The notes under the pieces: model-generated
What the model was told of the DNA's origin: nothing
Databases searched by the model: none
What the model saw: only the letters and a program-made list of their open reading frames with translations
In this document: piece after piece, positions 38,169-49,020 of the stretch
Layout: every line of letters starts with the position of its first letter
How positions within the stretch are numbered: the stretch's first letter is position 1
Translations under genes and position numbers: made by a program
Origin: Lactobacillales bacterium
GTDB lineage: Bacteria > Bacillota > Bacilli > Lactobacillales > Streptococcaceae
Assembly: GCA_031288715.1 (NCBI GenBank)
Contig: JAITQW010000001.1
Span: 7,186 to 71,185 of the forward strand
Length of the DNA: 64,000 nt
Reading direction: 5' to 3'

Positions 38169-40112
38169 TTGGTAGAAAATATGGAAGGTAAAAGATTAGT
38201 AAATTCACGATATATTACAGGTTTTAATGGAATTCGAACAATTGCAGTGGTGAGTGTGATTCTATACCATTTATTTCCTAATAGGGTGAAAGGTGGATAC
38301 CTTGGAGTTCCTGTTTTTTTTGTATTGTCGGGATATTTGATTACAGATTTATTAAGACAAGAGTACAAAGAAAAGGGCTTGGTGAATATACGATTATTTT
38401 ATGTGCGGCGTATAAAGCGGCTGTATCCAGCACTTATTTTGATGTTAATTAGCTCATCTTTTTATATAACGCTTTTTCAACGAGATTTGTTGAATAATTT
38501 GCGAGGTGTAGTAGCAAGTTCACTGTTGTATTGGAACAATTGGTGGCAAATTTTCAATGATTCTTCTTACTTTGATAGATTTGGTAATGAGTCACCCTTT
38601 ACTCATTTGTGGTCGTTGGCAGTAGAAGGGCAGTTTTATTTTATCTGGCCCTTGATTTTCGTTTTGTTGGTAAAGCTGGTACGCAGTAAAGGAAAGATAT
38701 TTGGTATATTGTTTGGTGCATCATTGTCTTCCTTTTTATTAATGTGGCTTTTTTACAAGCCAGGCATTGATCCGACCCGTGTGTATTATGGGACAGATAC
38801 CCGTCTATTTTCCATTCTTTTGGGATGTGGACTTGCGTTTATTTGGCCAAGCTGGCGAATGAAAAAGGTAATTTCAAAGAATAGTCAAATATTGTTAAAT
38901 CGTATTGGCTTGGGTTCATTTCTTTTTCTATTATTATCTTTTTTTCTTTTGAATAATGGGTGGTCGTTTTCTTATCGTGGTGGATTTTTTTTAGTAAGTA
39001 TCATTTCGATGGTTTTGATTGCGGTAGTGGCTCATCCGGGCGCATCTTGGAATAAGTGGTTGACTAATCCTGTGTTTGATTATATTGGAAAACGCAGTTA
39101 TGGAATTTATTTGTATCAGTATCCAATCATCATTTTTTATGAGGATAAGGTAAAAAATGTGGGAACTCACCCATGGCTTAGTTCTTTTATTGAAGTTTTG
39201 TTAGTTTTATTGGTGAGTGAATTTAGTTATCGTTTTTTTGAGAAGCCGTTAATGATGTTTAATTATAAAATGACTTTGATTAAGATCAAAGAAATGTTTG
39301 CAGGATTGTATGCTTGGCAGAATAAGGTAAAAGCTTTATTTGCTTCAGCAATTTTGTTGATTTTTTTTATTGGATTAGTGAGCGCACCTTCCAATTTATT
39401 GACGAAAGAACAAGCAAAAGTACAAAAGCAAATGGAGAAAAATAAGAGAAAGTTAGCTGAGCATAGGAAGAAGATAGCTTCTGAGAAAATAGTAGTTTCT
39501 AAAAAAATTGTCACAAATGGGACAGATATTGTTGATGCTAAGAAGTTTAATTATTTGATGACAGAAGAAGATCAGAGAAAGACTTCATTTATACCATTAA
39601 CTGTGTTTGGGGATTCGGTTATGTTAGGTAGTGCTGCTGCTTTTCAGGAGGTGTTTCCAAAAGCAACGATTGATGGAGTGATTGGGCGTCAGGCTTATAC
39701 AAGTGCGGAAGAATTGCGCATAAAACAACAAGCAGGACAATTGACGGAAATGGTTTGGCTAAGTTTAGGAACAAATGGTGAAGTAACAAGTGATCAAGTT
39801 GATGAGATTATGGATATTCTTGGAAAGAATACTTATGTGTTTTGGTCAACTGTACATGTTCCGACTCGTGCGTGGCAAAATGGAAATAATAAATTATTAA
39901 CAACCAAAGCAGAACATTATAAGAATCTATATTTGATTGATTGGCATGGTATGGCAAATTCTCATGATAACTGGTTTTATGAGGATCAAGTTCATCCCAA
40001 TTCGACTGGACAACCTTATTATGTCAATTATGTAGCAAAGACTATCGTGGATCATATACCAGATAAGATTATGGAAAAAATTCAAAAGATTATAGATAAA
40101 AATAAAATTTGA
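38169..40112 (+). CDS. oatA: Peptidoglycan O-acetyltransferase OatA-like (acyltransferase-3 + SGNH domain)
   Basis: N-terminal 10-11 TM acyltransferase_3 domain (GFNGIRTIAV, HLWSLAVEGQFY), C-terminal SGNH (VFGDSVMLG). The start may be the ATG at 38181. Confidence 0.85.
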   Translation: MVENMEGKRLVNSRYITGFNGIRTIAVVSVILYHLFPNRVKGGYLGVPVFFVLSGYLITDLLRQEYKEKGLVNIRLFYVRRIKRLYPALILMLISSSFYITLFQRDLLNNLRGVVASSLLYWNNWWQIFNDSSYFDRFGNESPFTHLWSLAVEGQFYFIWPLIFVLLVKLVRSKGKIFGILFGASLSSFLLMWLFYKPGIDPTRVYYGTDTRLFSILLGCGLAFIWPSWRMKKVISKNSQILLNRIGLGSFLFLLLSFFLLNNGWSFSYRGGFFLVSIISMVLIAVVAHPGASWNKWLTNPVFDYIGKRSYGIYLYQYPIIIFYEDKVKNVGTHPWLSSFIEVLLVLLVSEFSYRFFEKPLMMFNYKMTLIKIKEMFAGLYAWQNKVKALFASAILLIFFIGLVSAPSNLLTKEQAKVQKQMEKNKRKLAEHRKKIASEKIVVSKKIVTNGTDIVDAKKFNYLMTEEDQRKTSFIPLTVFGDSVMLGSAAAFQEVFPKATIDGVIGRQAYTSAEELRIKQQAGQLTEMVWLSLGTNGEVTSDQVDEIMDILGKNTYVFWSTVHVPTRAWQNGNNKLLTTKAEHYKNLYLIDWHGMANSHDNWFYEDQVHPNSTGQPYYVNYVAKTIVDHIPDKIMEKIQKIIDKNKI

Positions 40113-40140
40113 AATTTAAAAATTATTCAGCAGATATTAG
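40111..40140 (+). repeat. Family C repeat end
   Basis: gaaatttaaaaattattcagcagatattag immediately after the oatA stop. Confidence 0.65.
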
Positions 40141-40328
40141 TTATTAATAGCTTTCTGTTGCTGATTTTAGCAAGCATTATACCTAGTACCTTAAACTTTA
40201 AATTAAATATAATTTATAAAAATTGTGAATTTATGTTCTATTTTTTATAATAGATTTATACTTATTTTAAATCGATAACTTAAGTTGATTTTTTGAAAAT
40301 TAAGTCATATTCTGCTTAGTTTTAGGTT

Positions 40329-41484
40329 ATGAAGGGAGTGAATGTATTGAGACGAAAAGTGATTATATTTTTGATGGTTTTTTTAGGTGTAAGTATAGGA
40401 GCGTTTTTATTACCGTTTTGTTGGAAATACATAGGACAAGGTGAAAATCAATATTTAAATAATTCGTTTGTAAGTGGTTTTATAGGGGCAATTATTTTTT
40501 TTATTATTTCATTTTTTACAGCTGGATATGTTGAATTAATGTTGAAAAAAGTAGATTTTTATTTATCTAGAGTTAGCTTGATAAATTTACTTTTAGTTAC
40601 GATGAGTATTTTCTTAGGCTTGGCAATTGGCGGGCTTGTTTCCATACCATTTTTCTTGCTGAAAGTTCCAATTTTAAGTACGGTACTTCCAATTATTTTA
40701 ATGGTGGGGACGAGTTATGCAGGCTTTCATGTAGGGACTACTAAGAGAGAAGAATTTTTGAAGTTAGTTCGTAATAAAAAAGATGATTCTTCCAAAGAAT
40801 CAATCCAAGTTTTAAAACATAATTCCGGCGAGAATTATCATAAGTTTAAAATTTTGGACACAAGTGTAATTATTGATGGGCGAATTTATGATATTGTTAA
40901 TACAGGTTTTTTAGAAGGAATTCTAGTAGTGCCCAATTTTGTGTTATTTGAGTTGCAGTATATTGCGGATAGTAGTGATAATTTGAAGCGTGTTCGTGGA
41001 AGGCGTGGATTGGATATTTTGAATGTACTGCAAAAAGAGGAAAAAATTAAACTTGAGATGTATGATCAAGATTTTGATGATACAAAGGAAGTTGATGCGA
41101 AGCTATTGAAATTGGCGAAATTGCTAGATGGTATTGTGGTGACAAATGATTACAATCTAAATAAAGTAGCAGAATTTCAACATGTTCCAGTTTTGAATAT
41201 TAACGAGTTGGGGAATGCGGTGAAACCTGTAAGTATTCCTGGCGAGAAAATGGGTGTAACTGTAGTTAAGGATGGAACAGAGCGAGAGCAAGGTGTTGCT
41301 TATTTGGATGATGGAACGATGATTGTGGTGGAAGGATGGTAAGCATTTTATGAATGAACACATTGAGGTGGTTGTGACGAGTGTTCTTCAAACCGCGGCA
41401 GGTCGAATGATTTTTGCTAGACCAGATCATTGTAATTCGAAGTATTTCCAAGGCAAAAGTATAAGAGCCGCTAACAGGTTCTAA
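40329..41484 (+). pseudogene. yacL: PIN/TRAM-domain protein YacL, frameshifted before the TRAM C-terminus
   Basis: The ORF ends ...[12 protein letters not shown] at 41342. The +1 frame from 41338 reads [29 protein letters not shown], the conserved YacL TRAM end, and stops at 41482-41484 inside a family D repeat. Confidence 0.75.
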
Positions 41485-41685
41485 GTATAAAATAATAGTT
41501 GATCTTTTAAATAAAGAAAAATTTAAGAACATGTAACTAAAGGTACTTTAGTAAATATTCTATTATCAAAGAGCTGTTGATTTCATATTATCGGCAGTTT
41601 TTTGTTTTATAAAGAACAAAATTCCTATAAAAACAATGGACATTGAGGTAAGATATAATTTGTAATGTAAAAAGGAGTGAACCGA

Positions 41686-42384
41686 TTGAATTATACATTA
41701 ATTCTTCTGGCTGCGGGATCAGGGAGAAGGATGAAAGCTAGTAAGAACAAAGTTTTTTTAGAGTTAGACGGAATTTCGATTATTGAGCGAACTTTGAGTG
41801 TTTTTTTGGCGGACGACGAATGTTGTCGCGTGCTCTTAGTCATCAAAAAAAGTGAGAAAATTGAAATTCAAAAACTTTTTGCTGATAGAATATATTCTCG
41901 AGTAGAATTTGTAATAGGTGGCGAGGAACGTCAAGATTCAGTTTTTAAAGCAGTTCAAGAGCTTGATATAAAAGATGAATATGTGATGATTCATGATGGG
42001 GTGCGTGTTTTTGTTACGAAAGCTGAACTTGATCGATTAAAGCAATCAGTTCTTAACTTTTCAGTAGCATTGCTAGGTATTCCTGTAAAAGATACAATTA
42101 AACAGGTGAATTCAGCAGGGCAAGTTTGTGCGACAATTCCACGAAATGAATTATGGCAAGCACAAACACCTCAAATGTTTCATGTAGAAATTTTAAAAAA
42201 AGTGCATAAAAAAGCACAGCAAGCAAGATTTTTAGGCACGGATGATGTTTCTTTGGTAGAAAAATTCTTTCCTGAAGAAAAAATTTGTATGATTATGGGA
42301 AATGATGAAAATATTAAATTAACAACTCCTGTGGATTTATTATTTGGAGAAGTTATTTTGAAAAGAAGAGGAGATTTGTTATGA
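41686..42384 (+). CDS. IspD/TarI-family cytidylyltransferase
   Basis: LILLAAGSGRRM P-loop-like motif, GGEERQDSV, yacL-ispD synteny. No ispF follows, so ribitol-5-P (TarI) versus MEP specificity is open. Confidence 0.8.
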   Translation: MNYTLILLAAGSGRRMKASKNKVFLELDGISIIERTLSVFLADDECCRVLLVIKKSEKIEIQKLFADRIYSRVEFVIGGEERQDSVFKAVQELDIKDEYVMIHDGVRVFVTKAELDRLKQSVLNFSVALLGIPVKDTIKQVNSAGQVCATIPRNELWQAQTPQMFHVEILKKVHKKAQQARFLGTDDVSLVEKFFPEEKICMIMGNDENIKLTTPVDLLFGEVILKRRGDLL

Positions 42385-42893
42385 AAATTTTTTCGGTAAG
42401 GTCTATTGTTTTTTTGTCGATGATGACGGCGATTAGCGTTGTGCTGCGCCAGGCTTTTCTTGGAATTCCTAATTTTCAGTTGATGACAGCTTTCTTTTTT
42501 GTAATGATAGTGTTTTGGGGAATTCCAAATTCTCTTTTTGTGATGACGCTATCTTTGATTATTACAGGTTTTTTCAATGGTTTTGGTCCCTGGATTGGTG
42601 CACAAATCATCGATTATGCTTTATTTATGCTTCTTTGGTCGATACTTCAAAAGCGATTTAAAAATCTTTGGTTGCAGTCAGTAATTACTGGAGGGTTAAG
42701 TTTTTTCTATGGTTTATTGATCAGTTTTTTAACAGCTCCGTTTTTTAGTGTCACAAATTTTTGGGTATTTTATTTTCAAGGAGTTCATTTTGACTGTATT
42801 CATGCAGCTGCTACAATGATCGGTTATCCGATCCTTTTTAAGGTTTTTGAGCGAATTTCTGAAATGAATACTAAATATAATAATGCGATTTGA
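42381..42893 (+). CDS. Polytopic membrane protein, ECF-transporter S-component-like
   Basis: 170 aa, about 5-6 TM spans. The N-terminal pattern RSIVFLSMMTAISVVLRQAF..IPNFQ resembles ECF S components. 4-nt overlap with the upstream gene. Confidence 0.45.
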   Translation: MKIFSVRSIVFLSMMTAISVVLRQAFLGIPNFQLMTAFFFVMIVFWGIPNSLFVMTLSLIITGFFNGFGPWIGAQIIDYALFMLLWSILQKRFKNLWLQSVITGGLSFFYGLLISFLTAPFFSVTNFWVFYFQGVHFDCIHAAATMIGYPILFKVFERISEMNTKYNNAI

Positions 42894-42947
42894 CATTTAG
42901 CTATTTACTGATGTTTTCTAACTTAAACGATAAAAGAGGATGTTTAC

Positions 42948-43820
42948 ATGAAAATACACGAAATTTATAAAAAAAACAAAATAAACAAGAAGCCAACAAT
43001 TTCTTTGGAGATTTTTCCACCGAAGAAATCAGGAAAAATTGAAATGATTTATCAAGCATTGGATGATTTGGGATCCGTTCAACCGGATTTTATCAGTGTG
43101 ACTTATGGTGCTGGAGGAAATCAGGTAGCTGATAGTACGCTTGATATTGCGGTGTGTATTAAAGAAGAATATGGTATTGAAAGCTTACATCATTTGACGG
43201 GGATTGCAGCGAGTGGTGAAGAATTTCAGAATAGTTTAAAGGCAATTAAAGAGCGTGGTGTAGAGAATATTTTGGCATTACGGGGAGATTTACCGATAGG
43301 AATCAAAGAAGTTTCGAAAACTTACCCTTATGCGAAAACGATGATTACTGAGATTCATGAATTTGGTGATTTTGATGTGGGTGCAGCATGTTATCCAGAA
43401 GGTCATATTGAATTAAGCTTGACTACGGAAAATATGGATCATTTGAGGCAGAAGGAAGAAGCGGGAGCCAATTTTTTTATTTCGCAGTTATTTTTTAATA
43501 ATGATTCATTTTACCGTATGTTGGATGATGCTCGGGCATCTCGAATTTGTGCGCCTATTTCAGCAGGTATTATGCCAATTTTGAATCGTTCACAAGTGGA
43601 GAAGATGATCTTTATGTGCGGAGTGAGTTTACCATCAAAATTAATTAAACTTATTCATAAGTATGAATATGATGTTACAGAGTTGCGCAAGGCAAGTCTT
43701 AACTATGCTTTAGAGCAAATTGATGATTTGTTAGCGCACGGTGTAGATGGTGTTCATGTTTATACAATGAATCGTCCAAATGTGGCTAAGACGGTGCTTA
43801 GACGTTATAGAGCATGTTAG
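42948..43820 (+). CDS. metF: Methylenetetrahydrofolate reductase
   Basis: ISLEIFPPK, FISVTYGAGG, ALRGD motifs. 290 aa. Confidence 0.9.
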   Translation: MKIHEIYKKNKINKKPTISLEIFPPKKSGKIEMIYQALDDLGSVQPDFISVTYGAGGNQVADSTLDIAVCIKEEYGIESLHHLTGIAASGEEFQNSLKAIKERGVENILALRGDLPIGIKEVSKTYPYAKTMITEIHEFGDFDVGAACYPEGHIELSLTTENMDHLRQKEEAGANFFISQLFFNNDSFYRMLDDARASRICAPISAGIMPILNRSQVEKMIFMCGVSLPSKLIKLIHKYEYDVTELRKASLNYALEQIDDLLAHGVDGVHVYTMNRPNVAKTVLRRYRAC

Positions 43821-43884
43821 CGAAAGGAAAGTGTTTTATCAAGCATTGAGAAGTTTGGTCTTTCATAAGTGAGGAAGTGCTTTC

Positions 43885-44484
43885 ATGTTGTCATTAGATA
43901 AATCTGAAATATTACGCTATCTGGGGTTTAGAAAAAAAGCAGAGTTAACAGCAGAAATTTCTAATATGATTGATGAGTTAGTCACTCTTGCACAGGAAGT
44001 TGCTAAGCCACGATATTTATATCGAATTTTTAATTTGCGAGTGGATGAGCAAGCGAAGCAAGTTAAAGTTTTAGGAACAGAATTAATGTTGACAGGGAAA
44101 AGTATTACATCACATTTGCAGAAAGCAAAAAAAATTGCATTGCTTGTAGTGACTTTGGGAATGGAGATAGAACGAAAGATTAATCAGTATTCTGTGAATG
44201 ATGAGACAAAGACTGTTATTCTTGAAGCTATTTGCAATGATTATATAGAGAAAATCTGCGATTTAGCACAGAGGAATGTAAAAAATGAATTAGGAAATGG
44301 ATGGACTATGAATCGACGCTTTTCGCCAGGTTATGGAGATCTGCCTTTGAATGTACAAGCAAAATTTTTAGAAATTATGCAAGCTTCAAAAAAATTAGGA
44401 ATTTATTTGAATGAAAGTGATTTAATGATTCCAAGAAAGTCTGTTACTGCGATTTTGGGTGTTTTTGAGAACAAAAGTCTGTAG
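43885..44484 (+). CDS. Stand-alone vitamin-B12-dependent methionine synthase activation-domain protein
   Basis: 199 aa. RFSPGYGDLPL motif. Sits directly upstream of an activation-domain-less metH, as in clostridial-type split MetH. Confidence 0.8.
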   Translation: MLSLDKSEILRYLGFRKKAELTAEISNMIDELVTLAQEVAKPRYLYRIFNLRVDEQAKQVKVLGTELMLTGKSITSHLQKAKKIALLVVTLGMEIERKINQYSVNDETKTVILEAICNDYIEKICDLAQRNVKNELGNGWTMNRRFSPGYGDLPLNVQAKFLEIMQASKKLGIYLNESDLMIPRKSVTAILGVFENKSL

Positions 44485-44495
44485 TTGTTTTTTAG

Positions 44496-46913
44496 ATGGG
44501 AGAGGTTTATTTGAATTTTAAAGAGCAATTTATTTTGTTTGATGGAGCTATGGGGACACAATTACAGGCAAGAGGTTTACCGGTAGGAGAGAATCCAGAA
44601 TATTTTAATTTATCACATCCGGAGATTGTACGAAGTATTCATAAAGATTATGTGGATGCTGGAGTAAATGTGATTACGACGAATACTTTTCAAGCAAATC
44701 GAACCAAGGTTAAGCAGGAGGATCTACCCTCGCTAATTTCATCAGCCATCGCGCATGCAAAAGATGCAGGTGCTTCTTTAGTTGCTTATGATATGGGGCC
44801 AATTGGACAATTGTTGCGTCCGGCAGGAACACTTTCCTTTGATGAAGCATACAATATTTTTAAAGAACAAGTGTTGCTGGCAGAGCAGAATGGTGCAAAT
44901 CTTGTTTTGATCGAAACGATGTCTGATTTGTTGGAGGTAAAAGCTGCTATTTTAGCTGTGAAAGAGAATACGAAATTACCTATTTTTGCGACCATGAGCT
45001 ATCAAGCGGATGCAAGAACTTTTATGGGGTGCGATCCATTAACGGCAACTTTAACTTTGCAGTCCTTGAATGTAGATGCTATAGGAGTTAATTGTTCGCT
45101 TGGACCTGTGGAATTATCGCCGATTGTAGATACTATTTTAGAATATGCAAAAGTGCCTGTAATGGTTCAGGCAAATGCTGGGTTGCCTGAAATTATTAAC
45201 GGTGAAACTTATTATTCAATTACGGTGGAAGAGTATGTGCAGGCCGTGGGTCACATGGTTCAAAAGGGAGTACAAATTGTTGGTGGATGTTGTGGAACGA
45301 CGCCTGAGTTTACGAAAGGTCTGCGTGCTTTTTTAGATACGCAGAAAGTAGTAAAAACTTCTCCAAGAGATGTAAGCGCAGTGACTAGTGGGCTGAAAAC
45401 GGTCATTATTAATGAAGATTTAACTCTTATTGGGGAGAGAATCAATCCAACAGGGAAGAGGCGGTTAAAAGAAGCGTTACGTAATAAGGATCTTTCTTAT
45501 ATTTTACAAGAGGGGCTAGCTCAAGCTGAAAATGGTGCGGATATTTTAGATGTGAATGTAGGGCTGCCCGAAATTGATGAAGCGCAGATGATGGTTCGCG
45601 TTTTGGAAGAATTACAAGCAATTTTAGCTAATCCTTTGCAAATTGATAGTTCATCTGTGCAAGCAATTGAAGAAGGTGCTCGTCATTACAATGGTTGTCC
45701 ATTGATTAATTCGGTGAATGGCAAACAAGAAAGCTTAGATACAATTTTGCCGATTGTAAAAAAATATGGCGGAGTGGTGTTGGGTCTTTGCTTAGATGAA
45801 GAAGGAATACCTAAGACAGCACGGGGACGATTAGAAATTGCGCAGAAAATATTATTGGAGGCAAAAAAATATGAAATTGAAAAATCTTCAGTGCTGATTG
45901 ATCCATTAGTGTTGACAGCTTCTGCTCAGCAAGATCAGGTAAATGTAACGCTTGAGACTTTGCGTTTGCTAAAAGACGAATTGGGCGTGAGGACAGTCGT
46001 TGGTCTTTCGAATGTTTCTTTTGGTTTGCCTAATCGTGAATTGTTAAATGCAACTTTTCTGGCTCAAGCTGTGGGGGCAGGGTTAAATGTTCCAATTTTA
46101 AATCCTTTAAATAGAAGTATAATGGAGACGGTTCGAGCGTTAAAAGTATTGCTTGCTCAAGATAGGGATTCGGTCAAGTATATTGAACAGGAAGCTTTGT
46201 CGGAGAAGGCAATTACGGATGCAGAACAGGAAGTTTTTTCAAATAGAAAAACGATACAAAAAGCAAATGCAGAAGATGGCGTGTTGGATTTAAAGGAGAT
46301 CGTTATAAAGGGAAGAAAAGAATTAGCTGCGAATCAGGTAGAAAAGTTATTGATATTGAAAACTCCGTTAGATATTGTAGATGAATTTTTGATTCCAGCG
46401 CTTAATGAAGTGGGAGGGAAGTTTGAACGTGGAGAACTATTCTTACCACAATTGATGCAAACTGCGCAGACGGTGAAAAATGCCCAAGAAGTATTGAAAA
46501 AGCATTTGGAAAGCAGTAATGAAGAAAATTCAACGAATAGAGGGAAAATTATTTTAGCGACTGTTGCGGGTGATATTCATGATATTGGTAAGAATATTGT
46601 TAAGATGATTTTAGAAAATTATGGATTTCAGATTTTTGATTTGGGAAAAGATGTGTCAAGTGAGCAATTGGTAGAAGCTATTCAGGAACATGATACTCCT
46701 TTAGTAGGTTTATCTGCGTTGATGACAACGACGGTAAAGAATATGAAAAAATCGATTGAAGATGTGCGTGAGGCAGGATTGAATGTTAAATTTTTTGTTG
46801 GCGGTGCAGTTCTGAATGAGGAATATCGTGAATTTGTAGGTGCAGAGTATTATGCGAGAGATGCACTAGAATCAGTGAAAATTGCGCAGAATTTTTTTGC
46901 TGAAAATTTGTGA
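44496..46913 (+). CDS. metH: Cobalamin-dependent methionine synthase (Hcy-, pterin- and B12-binding modules)
   Basis: FDGAMGTQL, GGCCGTTP (Hcy module). Pterin-binding barrel. B12 motif GDIHDIGKNIV...SALMTTT. 805 aa. Confidence 0.9.
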   Translation: MGEVYLNFKEQFILFDGAMGTQLQARGLPVGENPEYFNLSHPEIVRSIHKDYVDAGVNVITTNTFQANRTKVKQEDLPSLISSAIAHAKDAGASLVAYDMGPIGQLLRPAGTLSFDEAYNIFKEQVLLAEQNGANLVLIETMSDLLEVKAAILAVKENTKLPIFATMSYQADARTFMGCDPLTATLTLQSLNVDAIGVNCSLGPVELSPIVDTILEYAKVPVMVQANAGLPEIINGETYYSITVEEYVQAVGHMVQKGVQIVGGCCGTTPEFTKGLRAFLDTQKVVKTSPRDVSAVTSGLKTVIINEDLTLIGERINPTGKRRLKEALRNKDLSYILQEGLAQAENGADILDVNVGLPEIDEAQMMVRVLEELQAILANPLQIDSSSVQAIEEGARHYNGCPLINSVNGKQESLDTILPIVKKYGGVVLGLCLDEEGIPKTARGRLEIAQKILLEAKKYEIEKSSVLIDPLVLTASAQQDQVNVTLETLRLLKDELGVRTVVGLSNVSFGLPNRELLNATFLAQAVGAGLNVPILNPLNRSIMETVRALKVLLAQDRDSVKYIEQEALSEKAITDAEQEVFSNRKTIQKANAEDGVLDLKEIVIKGRKELAANQVEKLLILKTPLDIVDEFLIPALNEVGGKFERGELFLPQLMQTAQTVKNAQEVLKKHLESSNEENSTNRGKIILATVAGDIHDIGKNIVKMILENYGFQIFDLGKDVSSEQLVEAIQEHDTPLVGLSALMTTTVKNMKKSIEDVREAGLNVKFFVGGAVLNEEYREFVGAEYYARDALESVKIAQNFFAENL

Positions 46914-47390
46914 AGACCTCATATGTTAAGATTAATTGGACAAACTTTAAGAAATCACTTGAATTGTAGATTATTCTTACTTTTTAAATTTATTTTCTCA
47001 TATTATGTGTGCAAAAATAATCAAAATATATGATAAATATGGATATTATAGGCTTCTTTACTATTTCCGTTTTTCTTGAGTTTGGCATATGAAATAATCA
47101 TGTCTTGAGCATCATGGAATTTCGCCAGCACTGAAAATGAAAGTGTAAATTAACTATATTGTTACAAAAATAGAAAAATATGATGAAATAGGGATTTCTA
47201 ATATTACATAAAGATTGCGAATGTTAGAATGTAGTTAATTATAGATAATAAAACCCACATTACTCTTTCAGTATGCTAGAGTATTTTTTGTTTGCTTAGC
47301 ATAAATTTATTTGGGGAATAGGATTATCAAAATTAATCTTATAAGAAAATTATGCAGTTGAATTAAAACAAAGCAGTGCTGGGGGAGAAA

Positions 47391-48071
47391 ATGATTTTAA
47401 AAATTAATGTAACAAAAGTGTTAATGATTTTATTTGCGGGATCTCTTGCGATGGTTCCTTTTGGATATGAGGAAGTAAGAGCGAATCAAGAATCAAAATT
47501 ATTAAATCTGAAATTAGATTTTAAGATTTTTTCAGTTCAAAAAGGAGGTAATGATGATTTAAAGAGAAGTAAAGGAATTTTGAAATTCTCTTTGCAAGAA
47601 GTAGGTATGTCAGAATTTTTATTAGAAAATAAAGAGTTGATTAAAAAACCTGATAACAAACATATTTTGGAATCCCAGAAAGTAGAAGATTCGCCATCTG
47701 TTGTTCCGGAGGTATCCATTCCTGTTTCTATAGGAAATTATGGTGAAGGAAATACTTATGTTCCTGGTCAATGTACTTGGTATGTAAAAGATTATTTTAA
47801 AAAACGTGTTGGAGATTATTGGGGCAATGCGATTAGTTGGGGGGAATCAGCCTTGATGGATGGCCTTTTAGTTGATCAAAATCCTGTGGCGGATTCTACG
47901 GTTGCTGTTTTTGGTGCTAATTCTTACAATGAGGGATACGGTCATGTAGCGGTGGTCATTGGCGTGAAAGAAGGATTTGTTAGAATTAGTGAAATGAATT
48001 GTCGTGGACCTTGGTCAATGGGTGAGCGTGAGATTCCGATTGCTTCTGTTATGTCGTTTATTCATGTATAA
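47391..48071 (+). CDS. Secreted CHAP-domain peptidoglycan hydrolase
   Basis: Signal peptide (VLMILFAGSLAMVPF), CHAP Cys GQCTWYV and His GHVAVV. ATG after GGGGGAG. Confidence 0.8.
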   Translation: MILKINVTKVLMILFAGSLAMVPFGYEEVRANQESKLLNLKLDFKIFSVQKGGNDDLKRSKGILKFSLQEVGMSEFLLENKELIKKPDNKHILESQKVEDSPSVVPEVSIPVSIGNYGEGNTYVPGQCTWYVKDYFKKRVGDYWGNAISWGESALMDGLLVDQNPVADSTVAVFGANSYNEGYGHVAVVIGVKEGFVRISEMNCRGPWSMGEREIPIASVMSFIHV

Positions 48072-48240
48072 AAAAGGAATGGATTCCTTATTGCTTCATG
48101 TTAGTGGGTGTTTTAATGAGGTAATTCGAAATGTTGAATTAATGAAAATATTGAATTATACTTTCCTTGTATGTTTTGTATTTATTGGTTGTGTTTCTAT
48201 TTCCATAAATAAAGTCTTTTTAAGAAGAAGGAGAATGAAG

Positions 48241-48729
48241 ATGGCAGATGCAGTAAGTGAAACAAAGGAAAAGTACTTAAAAAAGTTAAAGACGTCAACA
48301 ATTTGGTGTTTAGTGCTGTCAATTATTTTTGCAGTAACAGGCTTATTGTCAACTTTTAAACTTTTTACAATAGATATTGAAAAAGAAAAAGAAAAGTTGA
48401 AAGAAGCAGCCAAGGAAGTTGGATTTAAAACGCAAAATTTTGATCAAATGTATGGGACGCAGGGAAAGATATTTTCTGTTGTTAGTTTGATTGTGTTTAT
48501 TATTACTGTATTGTTATTAATTTTAGCATTTAAGAAAATTGCCGAAGGGAAAGTGCCTTCTAAATTAGGTTATTATTCATATATTTTGGGTCAAGTTATC
48601 GCAATTGCTCGAATTGTATTGCCAGGTGGATTTACGTCCTTTGTTGCAATACAGATTATTTTCTGTTTGATTATAGCGCTTCCAGCTATTCTTGGAATTT
48701 CTTATCTATTAAAAATTGACGATAAGTAG
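48241..48729 (+). CDS. Hypothetical membrane protein
   Basis: 4 TM spans. Start chosen at the ATG 8 nt after AAGGAGA. The ORF track extension back to 48004 overlaps the CHAP gene and is unlikely. Confidence 0.45.
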   Translation: MADAVSETKEKYLKKLKTSTIWCLVLSIIFAVTGLLSTFKLFTIDIEKEKEKLKEAAKEVGFKTQNFDQMYGTQGKIFSVVSLIVFIITVLLLILAFKKIAEGKVPSKLGYYSYILGQVIAIARIVLPGGFTSFVAIQIIFCLIIALPAILGISYLLKIDDK

Positions 48730-48843
48730 CTGAAATAAGAGTAGAATATGTTTTTGAATGACTTTGGGGTTGGGGGTGTACGCTTGTCATTTTAATTATG
48801 CGTATGCCCTAGGCTTTTTCTTTGAGATTAAAAATGAGTAGTG

Positions 48844-48890
48844 AGAACCTGTTTCACGATTAAAAGTTGTTCAAAAAAAACATTGTTAAC
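48844..48890 (-). repeat. Dispersed repeat family A, copy 4
   Basis: agaacctgtttcacgattaaaagttgttcaaaaaaaacattgttaac. Confidence 0.85.
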
Positions 48891-49020
48891 TTATCTTGGA
48901 GATCGGAAATTCAAATAAATTAACAGATTCTAAGAATTTTTTCAGCTAAGCATTAATTTATTTTTTATTATGCTTATTTTTTCTGATAAATAAAGTTGAT
49001 TCTTCGTTTGTTAGCCGTGA

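Noticed and set aside
41157-41532. Minus-strand ORFs 41157-41363 and 41266-41532 across the yacL 3' region.
   Set aside because: The plus strand encodes the recognisable TRAM C-terminus of YacL in a shifted frame. The minus-strand translations have no features.
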